From Ophelia neglecta (lineage: Eukaryota), in NCBI GenBank assembly GCA_965285935.1, contig OZ260662.1, forward strand, positions 85,374,001-85,438,000: a stretch of DNA of 64,000 nucleotides, written 5' to 3'. A program made the translations under genes and the position numbers. Of this stretch, positions 49,701-64,000 are shown piece after piece (positions within the stretch are counted from its first letter, which is position 1; each line of letters begins with the position of its first letter). The notes under the pieces were generated by a model, which was not told where the DNA came from, did not search any database, and saw nothing but the letters and a program-made list of their open reading frames with translations.

Positions 49701-52700
49701 CTCCTGTCAAAATTACGCCAAAAAGGAGATGATCTCTCCTAGTCAATCTCGACATTTCACATGCACGTGACCTCCCCACGAGAGTTGGATAGGCGAGGTA
49801 ACGCGTCAGTAATTCAAAATGTCTCTTCTTGGTGCATAAAATCTGTTTAGGAGAAATTGGATTTGGCTTTCTGGCCAGAAGCCTAGTGCATCCGTTTTGT
49901 AGTAGGGACCTCCTGGGTAATAGAAAATGATTGGCGGGAGTCTTAGTGCCGTCAGAGACTTCAACTTCATACGGCCGTGGGCGAAAATTAAAGAGCTCCA
50001 GACGCTATGTTTATTAATTTTCCATTAAATCCCGAATGATTTAATTCTGCAGACCAAAGGGAAGGGTTACCACGGGACCCCACTGATTTGATGGCGGACC
50101 GAGTGATTCGCTTCATAACCCCGGGGAGGAAATATTTCCATAACTTCCGCAAATACAATAGGGAAAGTGGGTCAGTTTGAGCTGAGTTGGCGGCCATTTT
50201 GAATAAACGAATATCACAGAATATCGCCCACTCATTTGACCGCATTGGTATTGAATTTCTAACGAGCTAATGCTTGGATTTGCGAGCAATGACCCTTGTA
50301 AATTTCATCTTTACGCTAAATAATTTTACCAAATTGAAGCAATCCCAAGTGTCTTACACTCGACAGTGAACAAAAAGCACAAAGTTCCTGGAAATTGGAG
50401 TCCTGTGCACAGCCGTGAGTTAAGGCTCGAGTGATTTAATGTAGTAAAACTAGGGTTACACCGATTCCATTTGACTAAGCTAAAGGCCAATTGTCGATGT
50501 TTATGAGGCACGCAAAAGGAATATCAATGGGAGTTTACCCGTGTTTCAGCCCCTAGACAGCCATAAGGCGAGGACAGTCGTAATGAAAATCACAAGACAG
50601 AGATACCAATCTTTGACAGGCGATCACACCCAAGTGATTTGACGTTTGCACACAATTTGTCTGCCAGTGATTGGGACGTCAACCAACTGTCTGACATCGG
50701 CTGCCAGCCCATCAACCACTTACCTTAGCTATTGCTTTGTCGGCTTCATTGCCCTCCGTCCTGCCATCAGTAGATAGGAAGGCAAGAAATCGGCCATCAC
50801 TGGCGCTAATCACACGAGGGAGGCTAGCAACTGACTCGGGACGAGAGAAACATAGAAAGAACATGACTCCATAGAAAAAAAAACACTGGTACTATAGGCT
50901 CCTTAAGTGTAATTATGTAGTCAGTTCTTACAAAGATGTTCAGTGTTAACGAGCTAGATTGTCAGGCTTCACGGTTCAGACTCTATAGGTTACAATTCAC
51001 ATTATAAATATAATGTTGTGGCGGCAAACTTACGTTGTATGAAGTAAGTAATTAAAAGTGTGTGTACCTGAGTGGGGGGGGGGGGGGGTATGAGTTGTGA
51101 CAGGCAATGACAAATAACAAATTGTAAATCAGCGCCATTTTAAGTTATGATCAGCGGGTGATCGTTACACTACAGTGAATTGTAGGTACCGAATATGAAT
51201 TGTTACAATACAAGAAGGGCAATGCAGGGAATAACAGAAGGTTTTCTAGGGGGACTAGAAAATCATCTGTCCAAGTGTCGGGCCAGGTAGTGCCTGTCGC
51301 GCAGCTGATACACGTCTTCAATTGTAGAAGGATAACATTGCTCTGAATCAAATCTAATATCTGTTATTCTTTTTACCGTCTCATTTTAGATCGAGTACGG
51401 TTTAAGCTATTCATTCTCGTCGCCAGAGTGGAACCGACAATGTAAATTTGGTTAAAAACAGCTGCACTCTGCCCATTATATTAGCTGTATACAATGAACG
51501 GCTTTCATCTATTTGTGTGTTGGAGAACTATTAACTTTTATGTTTATGTCTTTGTCTGATAAATAAACGCCTCTTCAGTTACATTCAACTTTTAAATGGA
51601 ACTTTGATTTGGCCATTCACGTGTCCTCATATCCGTATGGTTTAGTAGAGAAAGTGACACGAGACGAATTGTTTATTTGATTACGGCGTTCTCTAATTAC
51701 TGGAGGTCTATATGCGTAACCAGGCAATGGTAAACGAGGGAAAAGTAACGTCTTAATTTCTATTGGCCTACCAAATGATAAATCTTCACTCGCAGTTCGT
51801 TGGGATGAGGGGTTGCTTTCGCTTGGAGGAGTTGGGGGTGGGGGTGGGGGGTTAGTCCCCAGACCGCCAATTAGGAAAAGATACCAGCCCCACCCCCTCT
51901 ATTAGGACCCGAGCTCGAAACCGCCCTCTCACTTCATCCTAAGTCCACATGTTAACTTTGTTACATATTAACTTGTCCTAAGTCGTCTATTGTCGGTGGT
52001 TAAAGTTACAATGTCATGTCAGCTTACTCTACCAGGCTTTTGTTCTTTTTACTGTCTGAATGTAATCTGACAAAAATGTGGCGCACTTCCCCTCAAGACC
52101 ATGACTAATAGGGCTTACACAACAAGTCATGTGCCTTCTAATCCTCTTATTTGACAAGACAATCTAGATACCAGCGGCAGCTGTTCGAATTCCTGCGGTC
52201 ATCTTCCTGTAAATACGGTAAATAGAACTTGTCAAGAGTCGAGCGGCTGGTCCGGCCATTTCCTAGCGCCGCTAATAGGGCATCAGTTACATATACTGTG
52301 TCAATATTGGCCCTGCGTGTTCGGCCGGTGATTGTCAGCAGATTGGTTATGTCCGCTATAACATCAATAGATTTTCTATTACAGTGAGTGAGGGGGGAAT
52401 GTGGATTGACTACAGACCTTCATGGGTTTAAGGCATGACAGGTCTTATCACGGATATTTAAAAGTCATTTGATCCAAGTGAAAATGTGTCATTATATGTT
52501 TGAACAAACTGAATGTCTACGGTGTTAATCACACTGTACCAACGAGTTGAGTTACAAGTGAAAAACTAGGCTCATGTATTAGTGTAGGCTTACAACATCA
52601 ATTTCATAATGATAATAAATACTAAACTATATCCTATTATTATATTGCTCGGCAACGAGGATTACCTCATATATAATAAGCGGAGAATAAAATTGGTGCA

Positions 52701-52754
52701 ATAAAGGGGAATGTAGTGGAACCTGCATATTATGACTAGCCAAGGGACTGTCAA

Positions 52755-52843
52755 ATGTTGGTCTGATTAAAGAGGTGGTCTGTTTAGGATTTTTTTTCAG
52801 GTGGTCTGAATATAGAGGTGGTTTGAAGGCAGGTATCACTGTA
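52755..52843. mobile_element. Possible terminal fragment of a Tc1/pogo-type MITE
   Basis: Ends ...GAGGTGGTTTGAAGGCAGGTATCACTG|TA with repeated AGGTGGTC subterminal motifs; partner TIR not found. Confidence 0.35.
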
Positions 52844-53394
52844 TATGCATTTTTCTCGTCTAAACTGGAGTGTCAATATTCCTTGATCTATAGCTTGTTT
52901 GACATTGACTCATAAACTTCAACGATTGCAGATCGCTGTAGCAAGGATTGTGACTAGATAGTCAAAATATGTAGTCACACGACACCGATTTTCAAAGAGA
53001 TGCATTGATTGCCAATCAAGCAGCGTATCATTTCAAGTTTCCTTGACTGTATTGAAAGCTCTAAACCGTTTAGCTCCATAACCCACATACCCACAGACAC
53101 TTGAGATCCACTAACTGTAATCTGCTCCTGGTTCCCAGTGTAAAGACTATACTAAGTATTATTGAGAAAGGTATTTTTCATTTGCCGCACCTAAGTTCTG
53201 AAATCTACTATAGGCCTACCACTGCATTAAGTACAAACTTCAGAATGTTTTAGTAGGGGTTGAACACACATTTGTTTAAAGAAGCGTATGACAACTATAA
53301 TTTTTTCTTGTATTCTAAATCGTGATGTTTGCTTTTTATCTCAAGTTATTGTGAATTTGACTTTTACTTTACTTGCTTTTTTTCTATCTAGTCG

Positions 53395-53872
53395 TAATGT
53401 ATCTCTAGTGATTACATATCTCTCATGTATCTCTAATAAATATATTTCTCTAATGTATCTCTAGTGGTTATATATCTCTAATGTATCTCTAGTGGTTACA
53501 ATATATATCTCTAATGTATCTCTAGTGGTTTTATATCTCTAATGTATCTCTAGTGGTTATATATCTCTAATGTATCTCTAGTGGTTATATATCTCTAATG
53601 TATCTCTAGTGGTTATAATATATATCTCTTATGTATCTCTAGTGGTTTTATATCTCTAATGTATCTCTAGTGGTTATATATCTCTAATGTATCTCTAGTG
53701 GTTAAATATCTCTAATGTATCTCTAGTGGTTATATATCTCTAATGTATCTCTGGTGGTTTTATATCTCTAATGTATCTCTAGTGGTTATGTGGTTATATA
53801 TCTCTAATGTATCTCTAGTGGTCATATATCTCTAATGTATCTCAAGTTATCTCTAATTTATCTCTAGTGTAT
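53395..53872. repeat. Minisatellite, ~28-bp unit (TATATATCTCTAATGTATCTCTAGTGGT)
   Basis: About 15 consecutive copies visible. Confidence 0.95.
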
Positions 53873-53975
53873 CTCTTGTCATATTTTACTTTTTAGAAGG
53901 TATATCGTTTAATGTACATCGTCTTTGATAAGATTTTGTGTATGCACGCTAAATATGCACGATGTGTAGGCACAC

Positions 53976-54390
53976 GACCTTGGCCTATTGCCTTACAGGG
54001 CTAGTATTCGACCGTGTCCCTCGGTAGACCTTGGCCCACTGCCTTACATGGCTAGTATCCGACCTTGTCTCGCGGTAGACCTTGGCCCATTGCCTTACAG
54101 GGCTAGTATCCGACCTTGTCCCTCGATAGACATTTGCCCATTGGCTTGCAGGGCTAGTATCCGACCTTGTCCCTCGATAGACATTTGCCCATTGCCTTAC
54201 AGGGCCAGTATACGACCTTGTCCCTCAGTAGACCTTGGCCCATCGCCTTAAAGGGCCAGTACCCGATCTTGTCCCTCGATAGACAGTTGCTCATTGCCTT
54301 ACAGGGCCAGTATCTGACTTTGACTTTCGATAGACATATAGGCCCATTGCCTTACAGAGCGGGTACCTGAACTTGTCCCTCGACAGACAT
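53976..54390. repeat. Minisatellite, 51-bp unit (CTTGGCCCATTGCCTTACAGGGCTAGTATCCGACCTTGTCCCTCGATAGAC), ~8 copies
   Basis: TTGGCC at 53980, 54031 and 54082; the array degenerates towards the 3' side. Confidence 0.93.
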
Positions 54391-55549
54391 GTGATCATAA
54401 CCCCAGAGGGTCCGCCCGCCCATCATCCCGTTCTTCTATATATTGGCACTGCTCCATAGCCTTACAGACCCCATGCATACATTGGCCTTCAAGGTACGTC
54501 CCTGATCACGCCTCTTTAATGACACTGACCCATATCCGGTAGTAATAGTTTGCCAGTGACCCATTTCTGTCCAACACTCTGCTGAGCTAGGACCCTGACG
54601 ACACAATGGTGTCGTTATATTTCCGGGAGCGGTTTCAGGTGTGGTGAACCAATGTTAGTTTACCAGTTTAGAGCAGAGATTATTGGCAAGGAAGGGCAGA
54701 GTTTCCACGGACGATCGACCAGGCGTTTGAGCATTGATCCCTGCTAATCCGTGTGTTAGTTCGGGCACGGCGGGAAAACTCATTCGAGGAAACTCAAACA
54801 CAAGCCTGGAAACCGCCAGGTGTATCAGAAATAATATCTTATTGTCCCAGACCGAGCTGCCGGCCAAATCTATTTTGTGGCCACCTCGTTGGCAGATAAA
54901 GCCGGTGGCTGTCGGGTGTAATGTTTTTGTTTAGTCAGTGTGATATTGGTAATTACTACAAGTTAGGCCCCTCGGTACAAGCTGTTTAACCGATTTGCTC
55001 GGAACGCACACCAGACACGCGACCGGAACAACAACTGGTAGGCGTCGCCCGTGATGACGTGTGTAACAGAAAAATTTCCCCGGGATTTAACCCTTTCAAT
55101 CGTTAGACATTGAATTATAGGGCCCGGGCATACTCATCCTCAAACGAGAAAGAGGTCTAGTCTCTTAACAAAGACAATGACAGATGGGAATTCTTACATG
55201 GGAGTTTCAATCGACTCGGCCAACATAATTATACAAAAAAAGGTGAATATGAAAACTATTGAGGGCCGAGTATTATCCGCCATTCTGGCTTGACCCTTGT
55301 AAACACATAATGGCCGGAACCAGGATACCACAATAGATAGCACTGGTGGGTTATAATGTTTCCTCTCTCTAGTGAGTTTACCTAATAAAGTGGACCTTGA
55401 TCAGACTCCTGTAGTGTCCACAGTTTCATAGTTATTATGCCTATCCTCCTTGTCTAGGTACCGGGGACGGCTGGAGTTATCTGACACAGCCCCAGGGCCA
55501 GCTAGATGTAAACGGGCCTAGAATTATCCCATAATGAAAACACTTTTCA

Positions 55550-55939
55550 GTTTCAAGTCAGCTTCTTCCTCAGTGTCAAGTCTGCCCTACTTCAATATCA
55601 AGTCAGCCCCCATTTTACTGTCAAGTCAGCCCTGCTTCAATATCAAGTCACCCCCCCCCCCACCCTTCATTGTCAAGTCAGCCCCTACTTCAATGTCAAG
55701 TCAGCCCTACTTTAATGTGAAGTCAGCCTCCACTTCAATGTCAAGTCAGCCCTACTTCAATGTCAAGTCAGTCCCCCCTTCAATATCAAGTCAGCCCCTA
55801 CTTCAATGTCAAGTCAGCCCTACTTTAATGTGAAGTCAGCCTCCACTTCAATGTCAAGTCAGCCCTACTTCAATGTCAAGTCAGTCCCCCCTTCAATATC
55901 AAGTCAGCCTCCACTTCAATGTCAAGTCAGCCCCTACTT
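55550..55939. repeat. Minisatellite, 22-23-bp unit (CTTCAATGTCAAGTCAGCCC(C)TA) with a 113-bp five-unit higher-order duplication
   Basis: Variant TTTAATGTGAAGTCAGCCTCC at 55711 and 55824. Confidence 0.92.
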
Positions 55940-58900
55940 GTCTTTATTTGTCAGCGCTATACTAATTTTTAAACTTTAAAATCACTTTACTGTGAAGATA
56001 TTTTTTGAAATCAGTTAAATGTTAATCAGTTATTAGATATAATGTACCCATATTCAGATGATTATTCAAAACCAGGATTAAACCGGGAATGAATTTAACA
56101 GGGTAGACACGGGACAAACTCGAGGATGGAACAGTCGCGGTGATTAGAAATGCATTAATTATCTTAAAAGAACAATTTGCACGTATTAGAGACATTTGAA
56201 AACAAAAATCCATATAAATGAAAGCCTAGACAGACTTTATATAGGGGCCTATAATTTGTATGACAAATTCCGTAGCAGCTTAGAGTTTCACTGTAATCTT
56301 ACCAATATGACTCTTGAATATGATTCCTTCTCTTACAGGTTATGTAGGCCTATATAGGCTTTAAAAGTATTGGTTATTAAACATTGGACATAACCACTTA
56401 ATAGAAAATATTGGTCTAGTTATACAAGTTATACTAGTTAGGGAAGTAGTAATGTGATTGTAGTTGCCGCATTTTAAAGGTTCATTACAGAAAATCTATA
56501 ACAGCGACTGGTTCACTGACTGGGCGACTGATAAACACTGAGATCATAACCAGTGTGTTATAACGAGCCGTGGATAGGTAAACGCTGGCATGGTTCATTT
56601 ATATAGTTTATTGAGACAGGAATATGAGACAGGAACCCTGATTTGCTAAAACCAAAACACCTAGCTGTCAACATTTTAAGTGCCATATGTTCCGATTGGT
56701 TCTTTATTTGGAACTAAATATTACAGTCTTTTCTATCCCAGTCAATATTTGAGAAATGGCGTTCGTGGGATATATGTATGAACTCGCGGCAATCATTTTA
56801 TCGGGCGATATTAGACCCGCCTGGGGTTAGGGGGATGAAATGAGGAACATGTGGTCTATATATTTTTAGGTAGAACCATAGATATACAATCAATAATTAT
56901 TTCCTTTCCAACATAACCATATTTGGAACCAAATGACCTAGCTTAAGTCATGACAGTGGGACAGTGGGAAATTAACAAACCAAAGATTAAGATATGTTGC
57001 AGAATTAACCATCTTTAAGGTAGCAAAGCGAAGATTTCGGATCAACTATCATGCTTACTTTTAATGAACAAGGCAATCTTTTTACCTGATCATTTAACAG
57101 TGAATATGGGTTTTGGCTTAGGATCATAACACTGGATTCATTTATCAATATTTTTATTTGTTCGTGACAAAGGGATGCTGATAAATGCCATGTGTTTCCT
57201 GGTCGTTTCATGATGTTACCTCATCAGATTCTCTTTGACAAATTATCAGTGCATCTCGAGTTAAAATGAAGAGATACCATCAGATATTCACCTGCCGACC
57301 TTGGCTTATTGTTAAAGACTTTCATCAATTGAAAAGGTACTCGAATCTTTAATTCACATAGACCCGAGGGCTTACGGCAGCACTGCCGAGGCAGCTACAA
57401 TGAGGCTAGAAGCAGATTGGGAGCGACCTGCAACGCAGAATTGCAGAACAAATTGTACTTTTTTGATGGTACCTTAATTTTAGAGAGGGAAGATTTTGTC
57501 GTCTCAATACAGGACCAAGAATGCCTAATTAAAAGGTTTTTCTTTATAATCGGCGACATTGTGTTAATACAGGGTATTTAAGACCATCTGTTTTTCCCCA
57601 CTCAATCAAAAGAGTATGTATAGTATAGTAAAAGGTATAGTTGACTGCACAGTTAAGTCTGACCATTTGTTTCGACATTGCAGTCTGTATCACATGACAT
57701 TGTTCTGTATATTGCTTTAACTTTCTGTTCATTTAGACTAATATAATACAACCTGAATCCCGAGATCTAGAGCCTTAGTTCACCGCCAGTTCAAGATAGA
57801 AATTACCAAGAAACTTATAGTACAATTAACAATAATTAATACTTGGTATAATTACCGAAGAAAATCCACATATGTATATATCCGGGAACATTTATTTCAG
57901 ATTGTAGATATACATAATAATTAGTCTTTTAGCAATTGATTGTAAACTGCCAATTTTTTGACTTGGAGGGCCAGAGGGAATATTTGCCACTGATTTTGCA
58001 AATTAAACTGGCACTAATCTTTTGGGAACATATATCGGCCTACCGGTAGGGCAACTGCTGTATGACGACCGAGTGTTACCTGGAGGTAGTTAATTACAGA
58101 GTGATGTGATGTGAGACACCAGATGGAGTCCTCAGCCCCGGGGTAGGGGGCTTCTCTGTCATTTATCAAATTGTCACCAAGACACCCCGCTGGCCAAAAC
58201 CTGTTGCCCGATCAAGTCTCTATCGCAAGATTGTAGTTTAATTTAATTAAAGGCCAGTTTTCAATGCGAAAACTAAACACAAGCGAGGTGTGACAATAGA
58301 CCACCGGGGTATCCATGTCACACACGGGTTTTGTTGTGTCTCGGCTACATATTTACATATCCTATGTCCATACCTGCGGGCTTCCAGGCTTCTTGTTGCG
58401 TCACGGCTGCCTGGCACATGTCACTGCCTGTGTAAGAGATGATATCTCGGACAGATTGCCCATTGTCTCCACGTCTTTAACATGTTTGACGAGATGGTCA
58501 TACCGCCTAATGACTTCATTCCAGAGGCTGTAATAAGCCTTTAAAGTTTACACGAATGATTTTAATACCGGGAAGTTTTCAAAAGCAGTCTCTGGTGATG
58601 TAAGTTTAAATAAATGTTGCACTGTTAATTTTGGTTGTAAATTATCCAATAAACCAGTGTGCAATGTATCATGGGACATTTGTATACTTTCCCATACAAG
58701 GCCTAACCGAAAAAAGCCACTATCAATCTACAGGCCCAGCTCCCGGACACGGGGTGTATATACACACACACACACACATATATATAATATACACAAATCA
58801 TATTTGATCATAAGTGTTTGCCAACAAAGGAGACTTAGCCGAGTCGGAACTGATGTGATGTACCTTATCACGCCAGTTTTATTGTCATTTCAGCATTTTT

Positions 58901-61900
58901 AAAACGAGAGAGGCTGCTTGGGGGCATTTTCTAAACTTTCGGGAACCCAAAAATCTATAATGGAAATCCCATTTATTTCCTTTTAATTCAATTTAATCGA
59001 ATTTAATGAACATATTATTTCGGATTTTGCAAAATTATCTCAAGTGTGCGCCAATTATTAGAGAGGCATGTAAATTTACAGCACAAAACCAAGTGTATTA
59101 CTTGTGTCCCTGGATGGAAATTACCGACATATTATATCAGATAAGTCTATACCAAAACAATTATCTAGGCACACACAAAAAGCAGGATTCGCCAGTTCGT
59201 GCTAGGCCATTCCATTGCCCTTGCTCAAAATAGATATGTTTGAACTAAAGACTTGGTGTACTTGGGTTAGATAAATGTAGCAGGGCTTCCTATAAGGGGG
59301 CACTCAAATGGTTGCTCTATCGTATCTCCTACTGCTGTATAATTTATTTATCCCCCGACATTCTAATTTGATCTCTTGAAGCGCAATTTCCCCCTCTGAG
59401 TAATTGGAAAATAATAATCACTTAATTTTGTTTGCGCAAGGCGTCCTTCAGTTAATACGCCAGAAAAAGTAGTTCTAATTGCCGGACCATTATCGATGAT
59501 TAAAGAGCACCCCGGCGTTGCAAAAATCATTCCGCTCAGAATAAATACTGTATTGGGTCGTTCGGGATGAAGGCAAATCAAAATGTACATTATCATTATT
59601 ACTGAAAATTGTTGCAAGTGAATTATACTATTTTTGGCCTAATGTTGCGGCATATTGGTCTAGGGTCATAAAAACCTTTACAGTATGCGGAAAATCCGCG
59701 AAAAACAAATCATTTAATGTGTAGGAATCCAAAATGTGTATAAGAATTGACAAATGTGGCCATATCTGTCATTTGTGACGCGTTAATCATCGCAATTAGT
59801 GAGGGTGTATTGTATAAAATTACTATGATGAGCTAATCTGCTTATTAAATTGCAATTTTTCAAAGTAGACAAAATATAAGTTGTTTTAGTTTTGCTTTGG
59901 GTTATGACCGTTGAAAAATAGGCCGTCACATGATTGGAAGTTCTGTACAGTCAAGTCATAATCGGCCTCCCTGCTTGTAGGCTACAAACTGGTATTTAGT
60001 CTAGTGGTCTTCGACGAATTCGCACTAACGGTTGTTCATTCAAACTTAAAGCACAAATCCACTGCATGTTAGCAAGGAAGCGTAGTGATTGTCAAAGTAG
60101 TTGTATTATCATGTGAAGTCCTTTTACACCAATAAACAGAACAAAATTTACCTAATTCCCTGGGGGAGCTGACACTTCATATACCAATTAAACGACTATA
60201 CATACAATTAACTCTCAGGTCGGCACTAACAGTTTGTTGTATTTCTCACCATATTTAATTGTCTTGCCGGCTTTGGCCATATATCTTGCGCGTGTTATGA
60301 GGTGGTCAAGTGAACATTGAAGCCTCGTTTTAGTGACCAGCCATTGTTCGCCTTTTCAGATCAGACATGCCGCCGTGTTTCTTTTGTAGTATTTGTCTTT
60401 GATCGGTTCATCGAGATGAATACCAAGTCAATAGCCAGGCTTAATAACCATCTTGTACTCATTGTCTTCTAAATAGTTTTATTGACTTATTCTTTGCCGA
60501 GTTTGAGCGTCCTTTCACCCAGACGCGCCAGATCACCTGTTAGCAGACGACATTTTCCCATCACCGACCCGGGGCATGCATGCGTCAACTACCAATCACA
60601 GTCCGTTATGTGTCCACAAGTCGTCCAGCCTTTTTTTTTTTTAAAGAAAAGAAAAAGAAATATAGATCTATTTATTCAATAGAAATGTAGGCCTACGCAA
60701 TATGCTAAATTTAATAATAAATTGACATTTGAGACTACAGGCACGTCCTAATGTCGGGGCCATCACAAAAAATCTGATATAAGTTTAAAATCTCGTGATG
60801 GTCTGGTCCAGGACGTCGTCTGACACGTTTAGTGCCGGTTTGGCTGTACCAGAGTTTCACACACGTGGCACACATTAGGCCTATAACTCCCGTACTACAA
60901 TAGCTTGGTTACAATTAATCCCACAATGCACCAGTCCGCCGGTCAATTGAATTGACGCTCCACTCAACTATAGGAACCAGCTCACTCCAGATATTAAAGA
61001 TAATAGATGTTTAGATTGTTTTTAATGGCCCACTGAAATGGGCAAAAAACCTTGTTAAGCTAAATTGCCTGTGTTTATATGTTACATTGTATCGTGAATT
61101 TGTTGTGCCCATTTTATGCGCTATGTGTCAGCCCTACCATAATTTTGCAATGCATATAATGGTTTTAGATGCAGTGTAGGTCTATCGGCGGCATTGCCTA
61201 TGTATTCATATGGACTGGAGTTTATGTCTAATATTTTACGCCAGTTCATGGGTATATATGAACGGGTTTTCATTCGGCCACCGAAATATTTAATATTTTT
61301 CACGAGAGATTACAATTTATATGGTGATGCGAAATGAAATATATCTAGCGTTACTGGGTCTAAGTAAAAAAGAAATGCATGCAAATCATAAAGAAATATG
61401 GCAATCATAGTTTCATCTATTGACATACATAAACACATGCACGGACTCACATACTGTCAAAGTGAAGAGAATGGAAATCAAATGGGCGAAAATTACATGT
61501 ACAAATAACTTTTTGTTGCATTATACAAGTAATAAGGATGGCAATTCATCTTTCCGGAGTGGTTATCGCCGACAAGTGTCAACAGCGTCTTGTTGATAAC
61601 GAGACCACGAGATCTCACAATCCTGGGAACGCTACATGATAACATTTGGAATACTTCTGTTTAGTTCTCAACAATCGCGCGAATGAGTTGACTGTCGAAA
61701 TGTAGGCTTTGCTAATAAATGAATGTGATTTATGTTGGCAGTTCGAATATGGCTACTCGGTATATAGGCCTATAGGCGTGTGAGATGGAACACTAAGGAC
61801 AAAGAGCAGACGACATAAAATGGTCGACTGGCTAGATCACCTGGCCAAATAACACCATACATCAAATCAAATGAACACAGCCTGCCACTTGAAAATTTGT

Positions 61901-62902
61901 AAATCAGATCCACGAGGTGGCCGCTGGTATCATTGAGATGTCACTACTCGTTTTTTACTCGATTATTCTGCTGTGTTGTTTACTTTTCCGAGGTGTTTTT
62001 ATAACGCGTCTAGTGTGACTGAAGATGAAGCCAACAGCCGAGCTTTAAACCAACAACTACACGTGCATCACTTGCCAAATTCCCACACTCTTTTTACCTC
62101 GATTTTTTATCAGGTTTATTTGACAAGTTGAGATCGTACACTGCTTTGTGTTACCCAAGTCACACCTTGATAGAAGCCTGCCCTGGCTGGACCCCCCCCC
62201 CCCCACCGTCTCCCCCTCCCTCGAGGGTTCTCTGCTATGATTGTCGCATGCAGGTAGGTAGGCTGATAGACGCTATTACAAGCCAGTCCTGAAACTGAGT
62301 CCACTATCAGACCACACAAACGAGGAAGAATGGCGTCTTTTTGGATGTCGTTTGACTTGAAAATGGAATGAAAATAAAACGGCGCCTGTATGCATTGCTG
62401 GAAATTGAATTGTGAATTGGGCCTTTGAGTGCACAGGGGAGAAGATCACGTGCGCCGAGTCATGCCCCATGGGATAGGTCGGTGCTCGAGTGGACACACC
62501 TGGTAACGGCGTCCCATGTACACACAATCTATCGGGCTGAACTAACAGGACGCCGCCGATAACTCAGCTAAACTCAGCTAAATTAAATATCTCATCCCCA
62601 TCCTTTATTCTCCTTACCGTCCATTGGCGGAGACGCTACATCTTTTAATTAAAACTCTCTCATGGGATTATCTCAAACCTACCATAGCATTGTTTGGCAG
62701 ACGACGACAAATCCTAGCGGCCATTGATGATCAATAAACGTATTAAGTTTTAGGAGCAGTTACCGTTAGAGATCAAAGGGTACAGTTCATTGAACTCACT
62801 CACTTCGACCGTGACCACAGAATCACCTCACATAAATGTTGACCTAAAAGGATCGATCGATTTGCTTGTAGTTATAAAAAACGAACGCACTGTGTGAAAG
62901 TG

Positions 62903-62977
62903 AGAGGGGTGGGAGGAGGGGTCAAATTGGAGGGGGTTGGTGGTGACGGGGGGGGGGGGGTTGGGGGGGGGGGGGGC
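62903..62977 (+). other. G-run cluster with G-quadruplex-forming potential
   Basis: Several G3-G14 tracts within 75 bp. Confidence 0.5.
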
Positions 62978-64000
62978 GAGGAGTCAACTTACTTTTTGAG
63001 ACAAGTTGCTCCAGTGCCGAGAGCGCGTCTTAAGGCTGGCTTCCACTTTACTTGCAAATAAAATGTAATAAAATAAGCATTGGACGTATAAATTCATGTT
63101 TACACTAACATTTGAAATAATATGATGTCCTATTTTTACAACTTGTCTTCATCAAAATTTGATTTACTAGTTATATCTTAATTGCATTTCCAATCGATCA
63201 CATTGCAGCTTCCCGTTTTATTACATTATAATCTTCATCCCTGGGCAATAATAAAGAAATAATTTGCTACCGCCCCCCCCCCCCCCACACACACACACGT
63301 CGTACTCAATTTTTTGACCCGCATATTGATTTATCCTAATGCAACCCGCTGAGCATGCATATAGCCACCGTGCATAATATATTGTTTTTACAGCTGCAGT
63401 ATATGTACATTTTCATAGAGGAACATAAACTTAAAGATAACATCATTTCGTCACTGTAGGGCTATATTTATGTATCTGATCGTTTGCAATATGAACATCT
63501 TTGATAACACATGATTTATTTATTTGAAGCCTGCGCATCGCGTGTTTTGATTTCAAATCTGGTTAGGCTAAATCGATGTCATCTTTTTAAAACTTATTTA
63601 CGTTAGTCCGATGCATATTTCATGTACAAACTCCGATATGGCTATCTTGTTTTGATCTAAACAAATTCAGTAGAAACGGTATGTTTCAGAATAACAATTA
63701 GCTGTCTAGCGATGGAATCGCTGTTGGGTTAAATTAATTCATTAAGCTGATGAGCCTAGCCTAGTGCGGATAAGAATTTTTCACCCAACAATCTCGCCAA
63801 TCTGTTACCCGAGCTCCGTATCCTTCCACTGACATCTGTTGCACGAAAGCCGTGGTAAACACAATATAGTTACTTAGTAGTGTATTTTGTTTGCCTCCAT
63901 TAAGATGGGTGGGGTGCGTGTCAATAATCACTTAGTTTAATTTTAGGTACGGTGGCCCGTATGGCATCCTAATGGAGAGCGATCGAGTACCATCGGGTGG

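Noticed and set aside
53988-54251. ORF with a repeated PYRASIRPCPS peptide
   Set aside because: Translation of a 51-bp minisatellite; interrupted by stops and frame changes.

Overview
This is AT-rich animal genomic DNA with spliceosomal introns, probably from an invertebrate (inferred from the proteins; no taxon can be proven). Three loci lie on the + strand. (1) The last three coding exons of a CNGA-type cyclic-nucleotide-gated channel (1216-6810); its 5' exons are outside the window. (2) An intronless GT32/DxD glycosyltransferase with a frameshift near 15008 (14429-15437). (3) A complete four-exon Gfi1/senseless-family repressor with an N-terminal SNAG motif, six C2H2 fingers and an atypical ~164-aa C-terminal tail (31249-40012, ~548 aa). 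The rest is non-coding: a Helentron-type non-autonomous element (HINE) whose empty site survives in a nearby paralogous segment, a PIF/Harbinger-like MITE, several minisatellites (one with a 180-bp higher-order unit) and ~23 kb with no recognisable exon after Gfi. The most unusual signals are: a strong excess of the palindrome TAGGCCTA, one copy of which is visibly a 6-bp insertion at a TA inside a satellite unit (transposon-footprint-like); an exact 14-mer repeated three times around the Gfi promoter; a tandem ATG-ATG at the SNAG start; and a GA-type shadow splice donor in the CNG gene. No CRISPR array, rRNA, tRNA or convincing miRNA was found. All counts and alignments were done by eye.
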